Positions 40,601 to 49,547 of a DNA stretch of 64,000 bases are shown piece after piece. A program made the translations under genes and the position numbers. The first letter of the stretch is position 1; each line of letters starts with the position of its first letter. The stretch is taken from NCBI GenBank assembly GCA_038231275.1, contig JBBRLQ010000022.1:1-64000 (forward strand), read 5' to 3'. The notes beneath the pieces are model-generated. The model was given only the letters and a program-made list of their open reading frames with translations. It made no database searches and was not told where the DNA came from. The stretch comes from Polyangiales bacterium (GTDB lineage: Bacteria > Myxococcota_A > Polyangia > Polyangiales > Polyangiaceae).

Positions 40601-41925
40601 GCGAGCCTTCGCTGTACGGCGATCTCGTCGTCGGCAAATACGACAAGGGCAAGCAGCTCGTCTCGTGGATCACGATCGACGGTCTCCCCGCCCCGCGCAC
40701 CGACAACACCTGCCCCGACAGCGATCCGCACAGCTGGCGCGGCGGCGAGTCGGAGCCGGCCGACGACGTCGGGCTCTGGACCACCACCGTCTTGAACGGT
40801 GACGACAATCCGATGGTCGCGTACTTCGACGCGACGCACAGGGCGCTGAAATTCGCGTCGTGCGGCGGTGGGTGCGACGATCCCCACAACTGGTCGTCGC
40901 ACGTAGTCTCGCAGAAGGCCGGGAGCGACATCGGTCGCTACGCGAAGATGCTCCTCGTGAGCGGCAACCCCGTCATCGCCCACCTCGTGATGGAACCGGG
41001 CAACGCCGGCAAGATTCGCACGAAGGTCGTCCTCGCGCGCGCGACGAACGGGTCACCCAAGGCGACCACCGACTGGACGATGGAGACGGTGACCGCCGAC
41101 GAGAACGGCCCCTGCCGCGCCAGCCTGTGCGCGAGCGATCAGGTGTGCGTGAAGGACACCGGCGCGTGCCAGGCCAAAATCTCGGGCTGCACGCCGGCCG
41201 ACTGCGGCACCGGCAGCGCGTGCGTCACCATCGCGAGCAAGGCGACGTGCAGCACCGTCATCGGCGACGCCAGCGGCGAGAGCTACCCTAACGCGATCGG
41301 CGACTACATCAGCGTCGCGCAGGGGCCGACCGGCCTCGGCATCGTGGTGTACGACCGCATCCACGGAAACTTGCTCGGCATGCACAGCGAAGGTGGCGGG
41401 TGGAAGACGTCGATCCTCGACGGCGAGACCGGCACGCGCGGCAAAGACGCGAAGGACACCGGGGACGACGGCATCGGCGCGTCGCTGTTCATCGACAGCA
41501 AGAACCAGTGGCACGTCACCTACGTCAACGGCATCACCGAGACGCTCAACTACCTCGTGGCGCCTGGCGGAGCGAGCCCCAAGCCCGAGCCGATCGACGA
41601 CGGCGACGGCACGAAGGTCGACGGCAAGGCGTTCGCGGACGGAAAGCACGTCGTGGGCGACGACTCGTACGTCACCGCGGACGACAGCGGCAACGTCACC
41701 GTCATGTACCAGGACGCGACGGTGGGCACGCTTCGCGTGGCGAACGGCGCTCCCCAAGGCGGCGGCGCGCACAAGTGGACGATCAAGGTCGTGAGCCAGC
41801 CGAACAAGTTCGCCGGATTTTTCCCGCACCCCATCCCCGGCCAGCCGGACATCGCCAACTGGTTCCGCAGCATCGATCCGGCGACGAAAGAAACCACCGG
41901 CGACGTGGCGTTCATCACGCCCTGA
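37699..41925 (+). CDS. Large secreted/lipoprotein (~1400 aa) with internal MYXO-CTERM; BPI/LBP-like N-half, beta-propeller-like C-half
   Basis: GGAGG RBS before ATG 37699; signal LLVASC; GCGCS..TM..RRRRR at about 40255-40359; propeller-like motifs (GAYTSVA, VGLWTT, IGRYAKM, IGASLFID). Confidence 0.8.
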   Translation: MLRWWRHAFAILVVLLVASCSGGGCSSGCSGCGTTPLPGGFQKANAIDNAAAVRVTRSGLDFLAANIPTVASQVIKANNGVVTFEIPKSTSHQTFIGIGVDIVICRNGPNANNNPPECIAEINIKGMKLHMDAITPHSIKVTGTVPVRLQDLPMNASVIGDFEVGLGNGGCNGGTPKFDYKEFPVDIEIPLIKETRAPRDGYTKIDGDNAIINVDIQKGDVSICKDCGIISPVCDAVLNFVKDLAFNTLIGGVTGQLKSAIKSAFCTKANTALNPSCPPGSHDDAAGDGGVDAGAGGTCVYDDPAAKGACVPMELGTDGHMDLGAALQSFSPGTAGGLDFGLAAGGDMDPAPRKPADDVGYKGHTPNGMTLGFLGGTLPQPQSACVPKADNPIPTGIPVPDEMVQDTQTPWPATDPTGPHLGIALAGRFLNHALGSAYNSGVLCLGVSTEQVAQLNSGLLSALIPSLKKLTFEKTGAPVAIATRPQQPPTITIGGGTDIKKDPLLLILIPKFNIDFYVWSDDRFIRTFTMTADLTVPMNLQTGKDPKKNPNGGLLPVLGDIGLQNAKVTNAEEMLTDDPALIGAALSSIIQGFAGQALGGGLKPIDLSSSLKSLGLALTIPDGGIRKLHKGTDDFLAIFADLGTQPPAAIVEADTTARLVGKIVHAEAMGLTTANDTKLPELHLTLGSSAANVEYTWWIDEGTHSAWSRETDLTIKDRYLFLQGKHVLNVSSRVIGLPDTEDATPAEVPFTIDTLAPYVKVTRGKTEGTATLDAWDIVSPTSALRGRLRTTDALGKVSSWSDWRPFAELVDLNAPGAHAVDVEVADEEGNVGSISQGLIRGHGDTTLGAGGSGCGCSTPGTAPRLESAAALALLGAFTFLLMRRRRRVHPGLVGLGAICVVAATTEGCACGSGDGGDDGKTHCGPDCNTKCQDPLPVGLVGAYTSVAKAKDGSVWVAGYNEEYAAPTGEPSLYGDLVVGKYDKGKQLVSWITIDGLPAPRTDNTCPDSDPHSWRGGESEPADDVGLWTTTVLNGDDNPMVAYFDATHRALKFASCGGGCDDPHNWSSHVVSQKAGSDIGRYAKMLLVSGNPVIAHLVMEPGNAGKIRTKVVLARATNGSPKATTDWTMETVTADENGPCRASLCASDQVCVKDTGACQAKISGCTPADCGTGSACVTIASKATCSTVIGDASGESYPNAIGDYISVAQGPTGLGIVVYDRIHGNLLGMHSEGGGWKTSILDGETGTRGKDAKDTGDDGIGASLFIDSKNQWHVTYVNGITETLNYLVAPGGASPKPEPIDDGDGTKVDGKAFADGKHVVGDDSYVTADDSGNVTVMYQDATVGTLRVANGAPQGGGAHKWTIKVVSQPNKFAGFFPHPIPGQPDIANWFRSIDPATKETTGDVAFITP

Positions 41926-41955
41926 GCAGTCTCGAGCTCCCGCCCGAGAAGGAGC

Positions 41956-42207
41956 CTACGCCGCGCGCCCGTCCAGCTCGTCGAGCGTGCGGAGCGCAGG
42001 ACCCGACTCGCGCTCGCGCTCGGCCATGACGATCTCGAGGAGCTCCGCGCGCGTGACGACGCCCATCTCGAGGACGGCACGCATGTACCCGTCCACGTAG
42101 CCGTGGGCCCGGGCGAGGCGCGCATAGGCCTCGCCGGCGCTCTTGGCCTTGAGCACGTCGCGCAGCATCAGCTTCAGCTCGGCGATCATCTCGGTCTTGG
42201 TGCGCAT
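41956..42207 (-). CDS. Small hypothetical protein (83 aa)
   Basis: MRTKTEM...ARAHGYVDGYMRAVLE...; GC3-rich codon usage; fills the intergenic gap. Confidence 0.7.
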   Translation of the reverse strand: MRTKTEMIAELKLMLRDVLKAKSAGEAYARLARAHGYVDGYMRAVLEMGVVTRAELLEIVMAERERESGPALRTLDELDGRAA

Positions 42208-42390
42208 GGCCAACCCGTAAGGGAGGGCGCGCCGAATGGCCAAGTTTCCGATCGAATAGTGGAGGTTTCGTGGGCGTTATTGAGCGAACGTCGAGTGACC
42301 GGAACCGGCAATCGACGGTAGCGACCCACAAGGAGACTAGCTCAGTCGTTCCATTCACCGGACGGTTGCGCTAGTAGACGAAGAGCTCGG

Positions 42391-43701
42391 ATGACCCCGA
42401 ACGACGCGCGCGCCTACGAGGTCCTGACGGGCCACGCCAAGCTGAGTCAGCTGGTGACGATCACGCGCGATATCTTGGGCTCGGCGGCCGAGACCAAGCG
42501 CGCGGAGTGGGCGGACGCAGCGCGCGTGAAGGCGAAAGCCGAGGAGCTCGGGGTCACGCACGACGATGCGTCGACCGAGCTCGGAAACGTGCTCACGGTG
42601 CTCGAGAAGGGGCCGCAGACGGAGTCGGAGCGGGCGCTCGGCGCGGCGCTGTGGGCGCACGTGCTCGCCGACGTGCCGCCCAAGACGAGCGAGGACGAGG
42701 ACAAGGCCGCCGACGATCTCCTGTGGCTCGCGGGGCGGACGCCGTTCGACGCCACCGGGCTCGTCGATCGCGCCCTCGGCGACTCTTCCGACGAGATGTG
42801 GTCCGCGGTCGCGGATCGCGTACGGCGGATCGAGGCCGGGACGCTCGCGCCGCTCGGTCGAGGCGAGGCGTTGTGCGGGTGCGCGGCGATCGCGGTGTCC
42901 GAGTCGGCGGCGGCGCGCAAGCAGGCTGCGGCGCTCTCGCGTGAGCTCAAGGACCCGAGCCTCGCCCGCCTGATCGCGCCGCGCGAAGAGCCGGCGCCGG
43001 CGCCCGCGTCGCTACCTAAGCAAGAGGCGAAGGCCGAAGACACGAAGCCCCTCGCGCTGGTCGCGGAGAAGAAGCCGGAGGAGAAGAAGCCGGAGGAGAA
43101 GAAGCCGACGGTGGTGATCGACGCAGGCCCGCCGCTCGCCGACGAGCGGATCACCGGCGAGATGCTGCCGACGCCGCGAGGACCGGTCGCCACCGCCGCG
43201 CTCGCCCTGACCGGCATCCTGTTCGTTCTCCACGCCGCGCGCCTCGTGGGTCGCTTCGCGCTTGCCTACAAGCGCCCCGCGGAGGTCACGCTCTCCGGCG
43301 AGAGCGTTCGCATCCGTGCCCGGACCGAGATGCTGGGCCGTACGCTGCGCGAGCGCGAGACGGTGATCTCGCGCGCCGCGCTCGCACGCGCCACCCGCGA
43401 GGTGCGCTATCCGCGGATGTCGTTCTACGCCGGGCTCCTCGCGCTCGCGGTCGGCAGCTACGTCGGCGTCGCCACGCTCGTCGATGGCGTGAGGTCGGCC
43501 TCGCCGTCGCTCCTCCTCACGGGCCTGGTCGTCATCGCGCTCGGCATCGGGCTCGATTTCCTGCTGGGGAGCCTCGCCCCGGGCGCGACGGGCCTCGTTC
43601 GCGTCGCGTTCGTGCCGCGCAAGGGACCGATCATGTGCGTCGGCAACGTCGACGCCAAACGCGCCGACGCGGCCCTGAAGCGCCTCTCGCACGCACGATA
43701 A
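42391..43701 (+). CDS. Hypothetical membrane protein (helical N-domain, KKPEE-repeat linker, 3 TM segments)
   Basis: 436-aa ORF with GC3 bias; hydrophobic segments near the C-terminus; (KKPEE)x3. Confidence 0.7.
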   Translation: MTPNDARAYEVLTGHAKLSQLVTITRDILGSAAETKRAEWADAARVKAKAEELGVTHDDASTELGNVLTVLEKGPQTESERALGAALWAHVLADVPPKTSEDEDKAADDLLWLAGRTPFDATGLVDRALGDSSDEMWSAVADRVRRIEAGTLAPLGRGEALCGCAAIAVSESAAARKQAAALSRELKDPSLARLIAPREEPAPAPASLPKQEAKAEDTKPLALVAEKKPEEKKPEEKKPTVVIDAGPPLADERITGEMLPTPRGPVATAALALTGILFVLHAARLVGRFALAYKRPAEVTLSGESVRIRARTEMLGRTLRERETVISRAALARATREVRYPRMSFYAGLLALAVGSYVGVATLVDGVRSASPSLLLTGLVVIALGIGLDFLLGSLAPGATGLVRVAFVPRKGPIMCVGNVDAKRADAALKRLSHAR

Positions 43702-43718
43702 CCGGACCCCAGCCGGAC

Positions 43719-45410
43719 CTATCCTCCGACGCGCTCACCGACGACCACGTCGAGCTTGCCGCTCGTGGCGCGGAGCTCGAAGCGTACGGCGCGCGCGCCG
43801 CTGGCCGCCGCGCAGGCGCGCACGGCCGTCGCGGTGGCGGCGTGCGAGCGATCGATTTCCTCGTTGTTCGAGACGTCGAAGACGCGGAGGTCGAGGCCGG
43901 TTCCCTCCCCTTGCGCGCCTGCGGAGACGCGAACGCATTTGCGGGCGGGCACTTGCGTCTCCCACGAGAGGAGCTTGGCGGAGTCCACGGTCGCACCGCG
44001 CACGCCGAGCGCGGCCCCCTCGTGCATCATGCCGGCGCCGTCGACCGCGCGCGCGAGCATGCGCGCCGCCGCGAGCGGATGCTTGGTGAACTCGCCGTCC
44101 TGCCAACGCTCCTTGCGCGCGAGGACCGAGAACGGACCGGGGCGGCCGCGCGTCTCGAGGTCGAGGCGGACTTTTCCCTTTCCACACGCGAACAGCGTCG
44201 CGCCGTCGGGACCCTCGGCGCTCGTCACGAGGGTGCCCGCGTCGTCCCACACGTTCGCCTCGACGAGCGCGAGCGGCGCACCGGCAACGACGTCGACTCG
44301 CGTGCACGCCGGCGTCGGCCCGAGATCGAGCGGCAGCGACGCGCGACGGCCGATCGTGAGCGCGCCGGACGTCGTCATTCCCGGCGCCGCGTACCCGGCC
44401 TTCGCGAGCGCCGCGTTGCGGGCGTTGCGTGTCTGCTCGAGCGGCTGCGCCGGCGCCACCCCGGCCACGTCCGCGCGCGCGGACAGATCCCGCGCCGTTC
44501 CACCGCGGGCGCGCGCCACGACGACGGCCGCGAGGCCGCGCCCCACGTGCGGGCGAACCGACACGCTGCCCGTGAACGCGACCGGCGAGCACACCGTCGC
44601 CGCGCGATCGGCGCCGCCTTCTTTGGCGCGCGCGACCACGCGCCCGTCGCCGTCGAGGACCTCGACCTCGAGGAGCGCCACCGTCTCGTCTGGGACGACG
44701 ATGAGATCCACGCAGCCGTCCGCTTCGATGGGGAACGTCACATACCCCGACGCGCGCGCGTCGAGGGCGATCGCGAGGCGCTTCACCTCTTCCCACGTCC
44801 CGCCGAGCGCCGCGCGCCGGCCGCGCACCTTGTCGTCGAGCCCCGGCCAGGCCTCCGCCGGCCGCGGACCTTCGCCGTAGCCGCCGCGCGCTCCGACCGC
44901 CCGCGCAACTTCGATCGCGCGATCGGCGGGCACGAGCTGAGCGCCGAGCGCCACGAGCCCCTCCCCCGCCGCCACGTGCGCTGCGAGGTAGACGCGCTCG
45001 GGATGGGGAGGACACAGGAGCAGCGTGGGACGAGGATCGGGTCCTTCGTCGACGGCGACCGGGTTGCCTTCGTCGGCGAACGCGGCGATGTCGAGGTCCT
45101 CGACGCTCCCCGACGCGCGACCGTACGCGAGCAGACACAGGTCGGTCGGGATGTCGACGAACGCTCCGACGCGCTCTCCCTCCACCATCTCGCCCGACGC
45201 CGCGACGGAGAGCGGTCCTGCGCCAAAGCGCGAAGCGCGCTGCGGGAGATCGGCGAAGAGGACGCGCGACTCGAGATCGCCGACGGTCACACGCGGCGCG
45301 GGGAGGGGGGCCTTCACAGGTTTCGCGGGCGGAGGACGAGCTCCGCCGCATGCGGCGTTGGCGAGGGCGAGCGACAGCGCACCTGCGACGAGCATAGCGC
45401 GCGCCTTCAC
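43719..45410 (-). CDS. Lipoprotein with tandem Cys-containing beta-sandwich (PPC-like) modules
   Basis: Lipobox NAAC-GG; recurring C..(DLD)..D..G......C modules; start overlaps the upstream stop (GTGA). Confidence 0.72.
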   Translation of the reverse strand: MKARAMLVAGALSLALANAACGGARPPPAKPVKAPLPAPRVTVGDLESRVLFADLPQRASRFGAGPLSVAASGEMVEGERVGAFVDIPTDLCLLAYGRASGSVEDLDIAAFADEGNPVAVDEGPDPRPTLLLCPPHPERVYLAAHVAAGEGLVALGAQLVPADRAIEVARAVGARGGYGEGPRPAEAWPGLDDKVRGRRAALGGTWEEVKRLAIALDARASGYVTFPIEADGCVDLIVVPDETVALLEVEVLDGDGRVVARAKEGGADRAATVCSPVAFTGSVSVRPHVGRGLAAVVVARARGGTARDLSARADVAGVAPAQPLEQTRNARNAALAKAGYAAPGMTTSGALTIGRRASLPLDLGPTPACTRVDVVAGAPLALVEANVWDDAGTLVTSAEGPDGATLFACGKGKVRLDLETRGRPGPFSVLARKERWQDGEFTKHPLAAARMLARAVDGAGMMHEGAALGVRGATVDSAKLLSWETQVPARKCVRVSAGAQGEGTGLDLRVFDVSNNEEIDRSHAATATAVRACAAASGARAVRFELRATSGKLDVVVGERVGG

Positions 45411-46705
45411 CGCGACGCTCCCCAGATGCCGCTGTCGATGCGGAAGAGCGCGAGGCCCCATGCGAGCCCGGTGCCGCGGGCGTCGACCTCGATGCGGGCG
45501 CGCGACTGCTCGCGCGCGCAGAATGCCACCGCGCCGGCCTCGTCGTTGATTCCACGCTCGTCGCTCGATTGCCGCGCGCCGACCATCGCGCGGACGCCGA
45601 CGCCCCGCGCGTGTCCCTGCGTGACGGCGGCGACGGCGACGTAGCAGCCCCCTGGCTCGAGCTCGACCGGGACCACGGTGGAGCCCGTCGAGCCTTGCGC
45701 GAGCGCGACGGCGGGCACTGGCGGGCTTCCGATGTGGCGCGCCAGCATCGCGCCGGCCATCTTGCCGCGAGCCTCCGGTCCCCACGCCCACGGGAGGTTG
45801 CGCGGCAACGGCCACGACGCGTGCGTGAAGAGCACCGTCGACCCGGGCGGCGCGCCCGTGAAGGTCAGCGCGCCCTCGGTCTCCTTGCCGAGGCACGTCT
45901 CGATGTGCACGTCGGGCGCGTCGGTGCGATCGCGACCGAGCATCGTCTCGTCCTCTTCGTCACGAAGCTCGGCGTCGACGTCGAGGCGGAAGCGACGGTT
46001 CTGCGTGGCGGAGCGCGGATCGTTGGCGAATAGCTCCAGGCGATGGCACCCGGCGTCGAGCCCCACGTGACCTTCCCCGTTGCCGTCGACGCCGGCCGTC
46101 CAGCCTTCGCGCGTGGCGATCGCGGCGCCGTCGCGTCGCGCGCGACCCTCGGCGACATCGGCGCGGTGCGCGGGCGGAAGGAGCGGAGGGAGCACGCCGG
46201 GCTCGGCGGACGGTGGCGTCACCCCGCCGGTTCGCTCCGGCAACACCGTGCGCAGTGGCGGAACCGGGCTCCGCGAGTGGGCGACGAGGATCTCGATCGC
46301 GCCACGCCCCGCGTCGCTCGTCACGACGATGCGTTTGAGCGCCGGCCCATCGCAGCGGCCGATCTGCACGACGCCCGCGACGCTGGCCGCGCGCGCGCCT
46401 TCGTCGGGCGCGAGCGGATCGTCGTCTGTGCCGCCGATCTTGACGTGGAAGCTGAGACCACGCGCGCCCACCATTGCGACGGTCGTGCAGGTGCCCTCGG
46501 GCGCCGCCGGCACCGCGAAGATCGCAGTCTCGTCCTCGTAGACGAAGCGCGTCGGCGAGCGCGTGACCTTCGCGCCGACGCGCTGCCACTCGTCCTGCAC
46601 GCGCGATGCGACGTCACGAAGATCGGCGCGCGCGGGGCGCGTGACGATGCCGGCCCCCGACGCGAGCCCGAACATCACCGCCCACGTGCCGAGGTTTCGA
46701 GTCAC
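45407..46705 (-). CDS. Secreted protein with tandem Cys-containing beta-sandwich modules
   Basis: Signal ending ARA-D; modules CTTVAMVG, GCHRLELF, GCYVAVAA resembling the downstream lipoprotein. Confidence 0.7.
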   Translation of the reverse strand: MTRNLGTWAVMFGLASGAGIVTRPARADLRDVASRVQDEWQRVGAKVTRSPTRFVYEDETAIFAVPAAPEGTCTTVAMVGARGLSFHVKIGGTDDDPLAPDEGARAASVAGVVQIGRCDGPALKRIVVTSDAGRGAIEILVAHSRSPVPPLRTVLPERTGGVTPPSAEPGVLPPLLPPAHRADVAEGRARRDGAAIATREGWTAGVDGNGEGHVGLDAGCHRLELFANDPRSATQNRRFRLDVDAELRDEEDETMLGRDRTDAPDVHIETCLGKETEGALTFTGAPPGSTVLFTHASWPLPRNLPWAWGPEARGKMAGAMLARHIGSPPVPAVALAQGSTGSTVVPVELEPGGCYVAVAAVTQGHARGVGVRAMVGARQSSDERGINDEAGAVAFCAREQSRARIEVDARGTGLAWGLALFRIDSGIWGASR

Positions 46706-46764
46706 CCACCTCTCACGATACACGATGCCGAACGCGCTCGCCCGGCGCCGCGCGAGGTCGAAGC

Positions 46765-47280
46765 TCAACCTTCCACGATCAGCGGGGCCTCCACGAAGCC
46801 CCGACGCAAAGGATCCCACACGAAGAGCTTCCGATCGTCGACGACGCCGGCGCGCACGCTCGTGACGAGGTACGCGAGCTCGTACGTCGGCTCTTCTCCG
46901 CCGGCGGTCGCGGCCGCGGCGTCGGTGTCGGAGAAGTAGGACCCGACGTCGAGGTGCGAGTGGTAGAGCACCTTCACCGGCCGGCCGTTCGCCTCCCCTT
47001 CGCGCACCGCCCGCGCAAATTTCATCGGATCGAGGTCGAAGTACATCCGCCCCGTCCGCGGGTACGTCTCCGGATCGAGCGCGTGGAGCTTGTTCGCGCG
47101 GTTCTCCATCGGCACGACCTCGTCGATGCGGAGCGCGTCGCCGGCGGGGCCGCGGAGCAGCCCACAGCTCTCCTCGTCTCGCGCATACGCGGCGCGCGCC
47201 TCCTCGAACACGCGGTCGAGGAGCTCCTTGCCGATGACCACGCCGGAGACCGCCCACGGATGGCTCGTCACGTCTCGCAT
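46765..47280 (-). CDS. JAMM/MPN+ metallopeptidase (Mec-like CysO-cysteine peptidase)
   Basis: EESCGLL...YHSHLD...SDTD = E-xn-HxH-x7-S-x2-D JAMM motif. Confidence 0.9.
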   Translation of the reverse strand: MRDVTSHPWAVSGVVIGKELLDRVFEEARAAYARDEESCGLLRGPAGDALRIDEVVPMENRANKLHALDPETYPRTGRMYFDLDPMKFARAVREGEANGRPVKVLYHSHLDVGSYFSDTDAAAATAGGEEPTYELAYLVTSVRAGVVDDRKLFVWDPLRRGFVEAPLIVEG

Positions 47281-47300
47281 CGCCTCATCCTCTCGTGGCT

Positions 47301-48245
47301 TCACCAGACATATTTCTTCTCCCACTTCATCGGCGCGAAATACCGGTCGCCGCGGTCGGCCACGATGACGACGACGCATCCGCCTGCTCCGCTCTCCTGC
47401 AGCTCCTCCGCGAGGCGCACGGCGGCGAACACGTTGGCGCCCGACGAGTGGCCCACGTTGAGCCCTTCCTTCTGCGCGAGCAGCTCGGACATGTTCCACC
47501 CGTCCTCGGTCTGGACGCGCACGGTCTCGTCGGGGATGCCCGCGTCGTAGATGGCGGGCACGATGCTCGACGCGAGGTGCTTCAAGCCCTCGAGCCCGTG
47601 CATCGCCTCGGTCGGCTCGACGGCCAGGCACCGGATCTTCCGCGCGTGCTCCTTCAAGCGCCGCGTCGTCCCCATCATCGTCCCCGTCGTGCCGATCCCG
47701 GCGATGAAGTGCGTGATGCGATCGCCTAGCGCTTCGACGATCTCTGCGCCGGTGCCGAAGTAGTGCGCGAGTGGGTTTTGCGGGTTCGAGTACTGGTCGG
47801 GGTAGTAGTAGCGCCCCGGCTCCTCCTTCACGATGCGCTGCACGTGGAGGATGGCGCCGTCGGACCCTTCCATTGGATCGGAGAAGACGATCTCGGTGCC
47901 GAACGCGCGCGCGATGTCCTTGCGCGCTTTGGACACGTTCATCGGCATCACCAGGCGCACCTTTACGCCGAGCGCGGCGCCGAACAGCGAGTAAGCGACG
48001 CCGGTGTTGCCGCTCGTCGAGTCGATGAGGATCTTGTCGCGCGTGAGCTCGCCGGACGCGAGCGCCTCCTGCATCATGCGGAGCGCCGCGCGATCCTTGA
48101 CGCTGCCGCCAGGGTTGCAGAACTCGAGCTTCGCGTAGACCGGGACGTCCGGGCACTTCTCGGTCACCTTGCGGAGGCGCAAGAGCGGCGTGCGGCCGAC
48201 CGCGTCCACGATCGACTCCGAGCGAAACGCGCGCGCGAGGCTCAC
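47301..48245 (-). CDS. cysM: PLP-dependent cysteine synthase, CysM-like (sulfur-carrier dependent)
   Basis: VGRTPL, NPGGSVKDR, DSTSGNTG, DQYSNP, GIGTTGT, HGLEGLKHL, GHSSGA, DRGDRY; Trp-ending C-terminal extension. Confidence 0.85.
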   Translation of the reverse strand: MSLARAFRSESIVDAVGRTPLLRLRKVTEKCPDVPVYAKLEFCNPGGSVKDRAALRMMQEALASGELTRDKILIDSTSGNTGVAYSLFGAALGVKVRLVMPMNVSKARKDIARAFGTEIVFSDPMEGSDGAILHVQRIVKEEPGRYYYPDQYSNPQNPLAHYFGTGAEIVEALGDRITHFIAGIGTTGTMMGTTRRLKEHARKIRCLAVEPTEAMHGLEGLKHLASSIVPAIYDAGIPDETVRVQTEDGWNMSELLAQKEGLNVGHSSGANVFAAVRLAEELQESGAGGCVVVIVADRGDRYFAPMKWEKKYVW

Positions 48246-48523
48246 GACGCCCCGCCGATCCAGGCGCGACGAAGCGCGACGAGCGCCGCGTGCGCCCCCG
48301 TCGCCACATCGCGCGCCGCAGGATCCGCGATCTCGAACGGCAGCACGTGGACCTCGGAGGCCTCGCCGTCGACGCTCGCGCCCGCGGCCTCGAGGTACCT
48401 CCGCTCCACGCGCGCGGCCTCCCCGCGGGTCGCCAGTGCGAGCGAGGTCCCGGCCAGGCGCGCCTGACCTGCCTCGCCGACCTCGACGAGGCGCGTCTGC
48501 CGCGTGTAGCGCCGCGCCGCCAC
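48242..48523 (-). CDS. Mini ThiF/MoeB-like protein (93 aa; RYxRQ segment, no nucleotide-binding loop)
   Basis: RYTRQTRLVEVGEAGQARL...YLEAAG aligns by eye to the MoeB N-terminus. Starts 2 nt after the Ubl stop; its own stop overlaps the cysM start. Confidence 0.75.
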   Translation of the reverse strand: MAARRYTRQTRLVEVGEAGQARLAGTSLALATRGEAARVERRYLEAAGASVDGEASEVHVLPFEIADPAARDVATGAHAALVALRRAWIGGAS

Positions 48524-48525
48524 GA

Positions 48526-48798
48526 TCAGCCGCCGGCGATCGCGGGGACGATGCTGATTTGATCGCCACCCTTCACTTCGGTGCCGAGCCCGTTCAGGAA
48601 GCGAACGTCCTCCTCGCCGACGTAGATGTTGATGAAGCGCCGAACGCCCTTCGCGTCGAGCAGGCGATCCTTGATGCCGGGGTGCCGCTTCTCGAGATCC
48701 TCGATGACGGCGCCGACGGTGCCGCCATCGGCCGGGACCTCGTCCTTGCCGCCGGTGAGCGGGCGGAGCGGGGCGGGAATTCGAACGATCGTGCTCAT
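48526..48798 (-). CDS. Ubiquitin-like sulfur carrier (CysO/MoaD/ThiS family)
   Basis: MSTIVRIPAPLR..TGG...RFINIYV.EEDVRFL.GL.T...GD.ISIVPAIAGG*; C-terminal GG; AAGGAG RBS. Confidence 0.93.
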   Translation of the reverse strand: MSTIVRIPAPLRPLTGGKDEVPADGGTVGAVIEDLEKRHPGIKDRLLDAKGVRRFINIYVGEEDVRFLNGLGTEVKGGDQISIVPAIAGG

Positions 48799-48812
48799 GG
48801 TCTTCTCCTTGG

Positions 48813-49547
48813 TCATCCTTCGCAAACACTCGAGTCGGGCGGCGCGTAGCGGGCAGGGTCGATGTGATCGATCGTTCCGATGCGCCGGACGCCACAAAGC
48901 GCGCACCCGAGGCGGGCGGGGACGCGGCGGCGGCGGAGGGCGTCGGTCTTGCCGTCGAACGTGACGAGCGTGCCGGCCACGTCGGCGCCGTCGATCATGG
49001 CGAGCGCCAGATCCGCCTGGAGCGCCCCGACCACGCCGACCATCGGGCCCACAACGCCGGCCTCCCCGCAGTTCGGGGCGTCGCCCTCCGGGAGATCCTC
49101 GAAGAGGCAGCGGTAGCAGGGCCGCCCTCCCCGCGCGACAGCGAACGCCGTGCCGTGCCAGCGTACGGCCGCCGCGTGCACGATGGGGACCTTGGCGATC
49201 GCGCACGCATCCGCGGCGAGGAACTTCGTCGCGAAGTTGTCGCTCCCCTCGACGACCAGATCGTATCCGCCGACGAGATCGACGGCGGTAGCGGGGAGGA
49301 GCCGTGTCCGATGCTCCTCGACCTTCATGCCAGGCGCCTCGCGCGCGAGGGCCTTCGCGGCGGCACCGACTTTGTGCGCGCCGACGTCGGCGTCGGTGAA
49401 GAGGATCTGACGATGGAGGTTGGTGACATCGATCTCGTCGTCGTCGCACAGACCGAGCGTGCCGACGCCGGAGCGCGCGAGCACGAGCGCGGAGGGGCAC
49501 CCGAGGCCGCCGACGCCAACGACGAGGACGCGCGCGCGCGATCTCAC
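48813..49547 (-). CDS. ThiF/MoeB-family E1-like adenylyltransferase lacking the N-terminal RYxRQ segment and a rhodanese domain
   Basis: VLVVGVGGLGCP, TNLHRQIL, GSDNF, PCYRC, NCGEAG, CALCG. GTG start overlaps the cysK stop and follows a GGAGG RBS. Confidence 0.9.
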   Translation of the reverse strand: MRSRARVLVVGVGGLGCPSALVLARSGVGTLGLCDDDEIDVTNLHRQILFTDADVGAHKVGAAAKALAREAPGMKVEEHRTRLLPATAVDLVGGYDLVVEGSDNFATKFLAADACAIAKVPIVHAAAVRWHGTAFAVARGGRPCYRCLFEDLPEGDAPNCGEAGVVGPMVGVVGALQADLALAMIDGADVAGTLVTFDGKTDALRRRRVPARLGCALCGVRRIGTIDHIDPARYAPPDSSVCEG

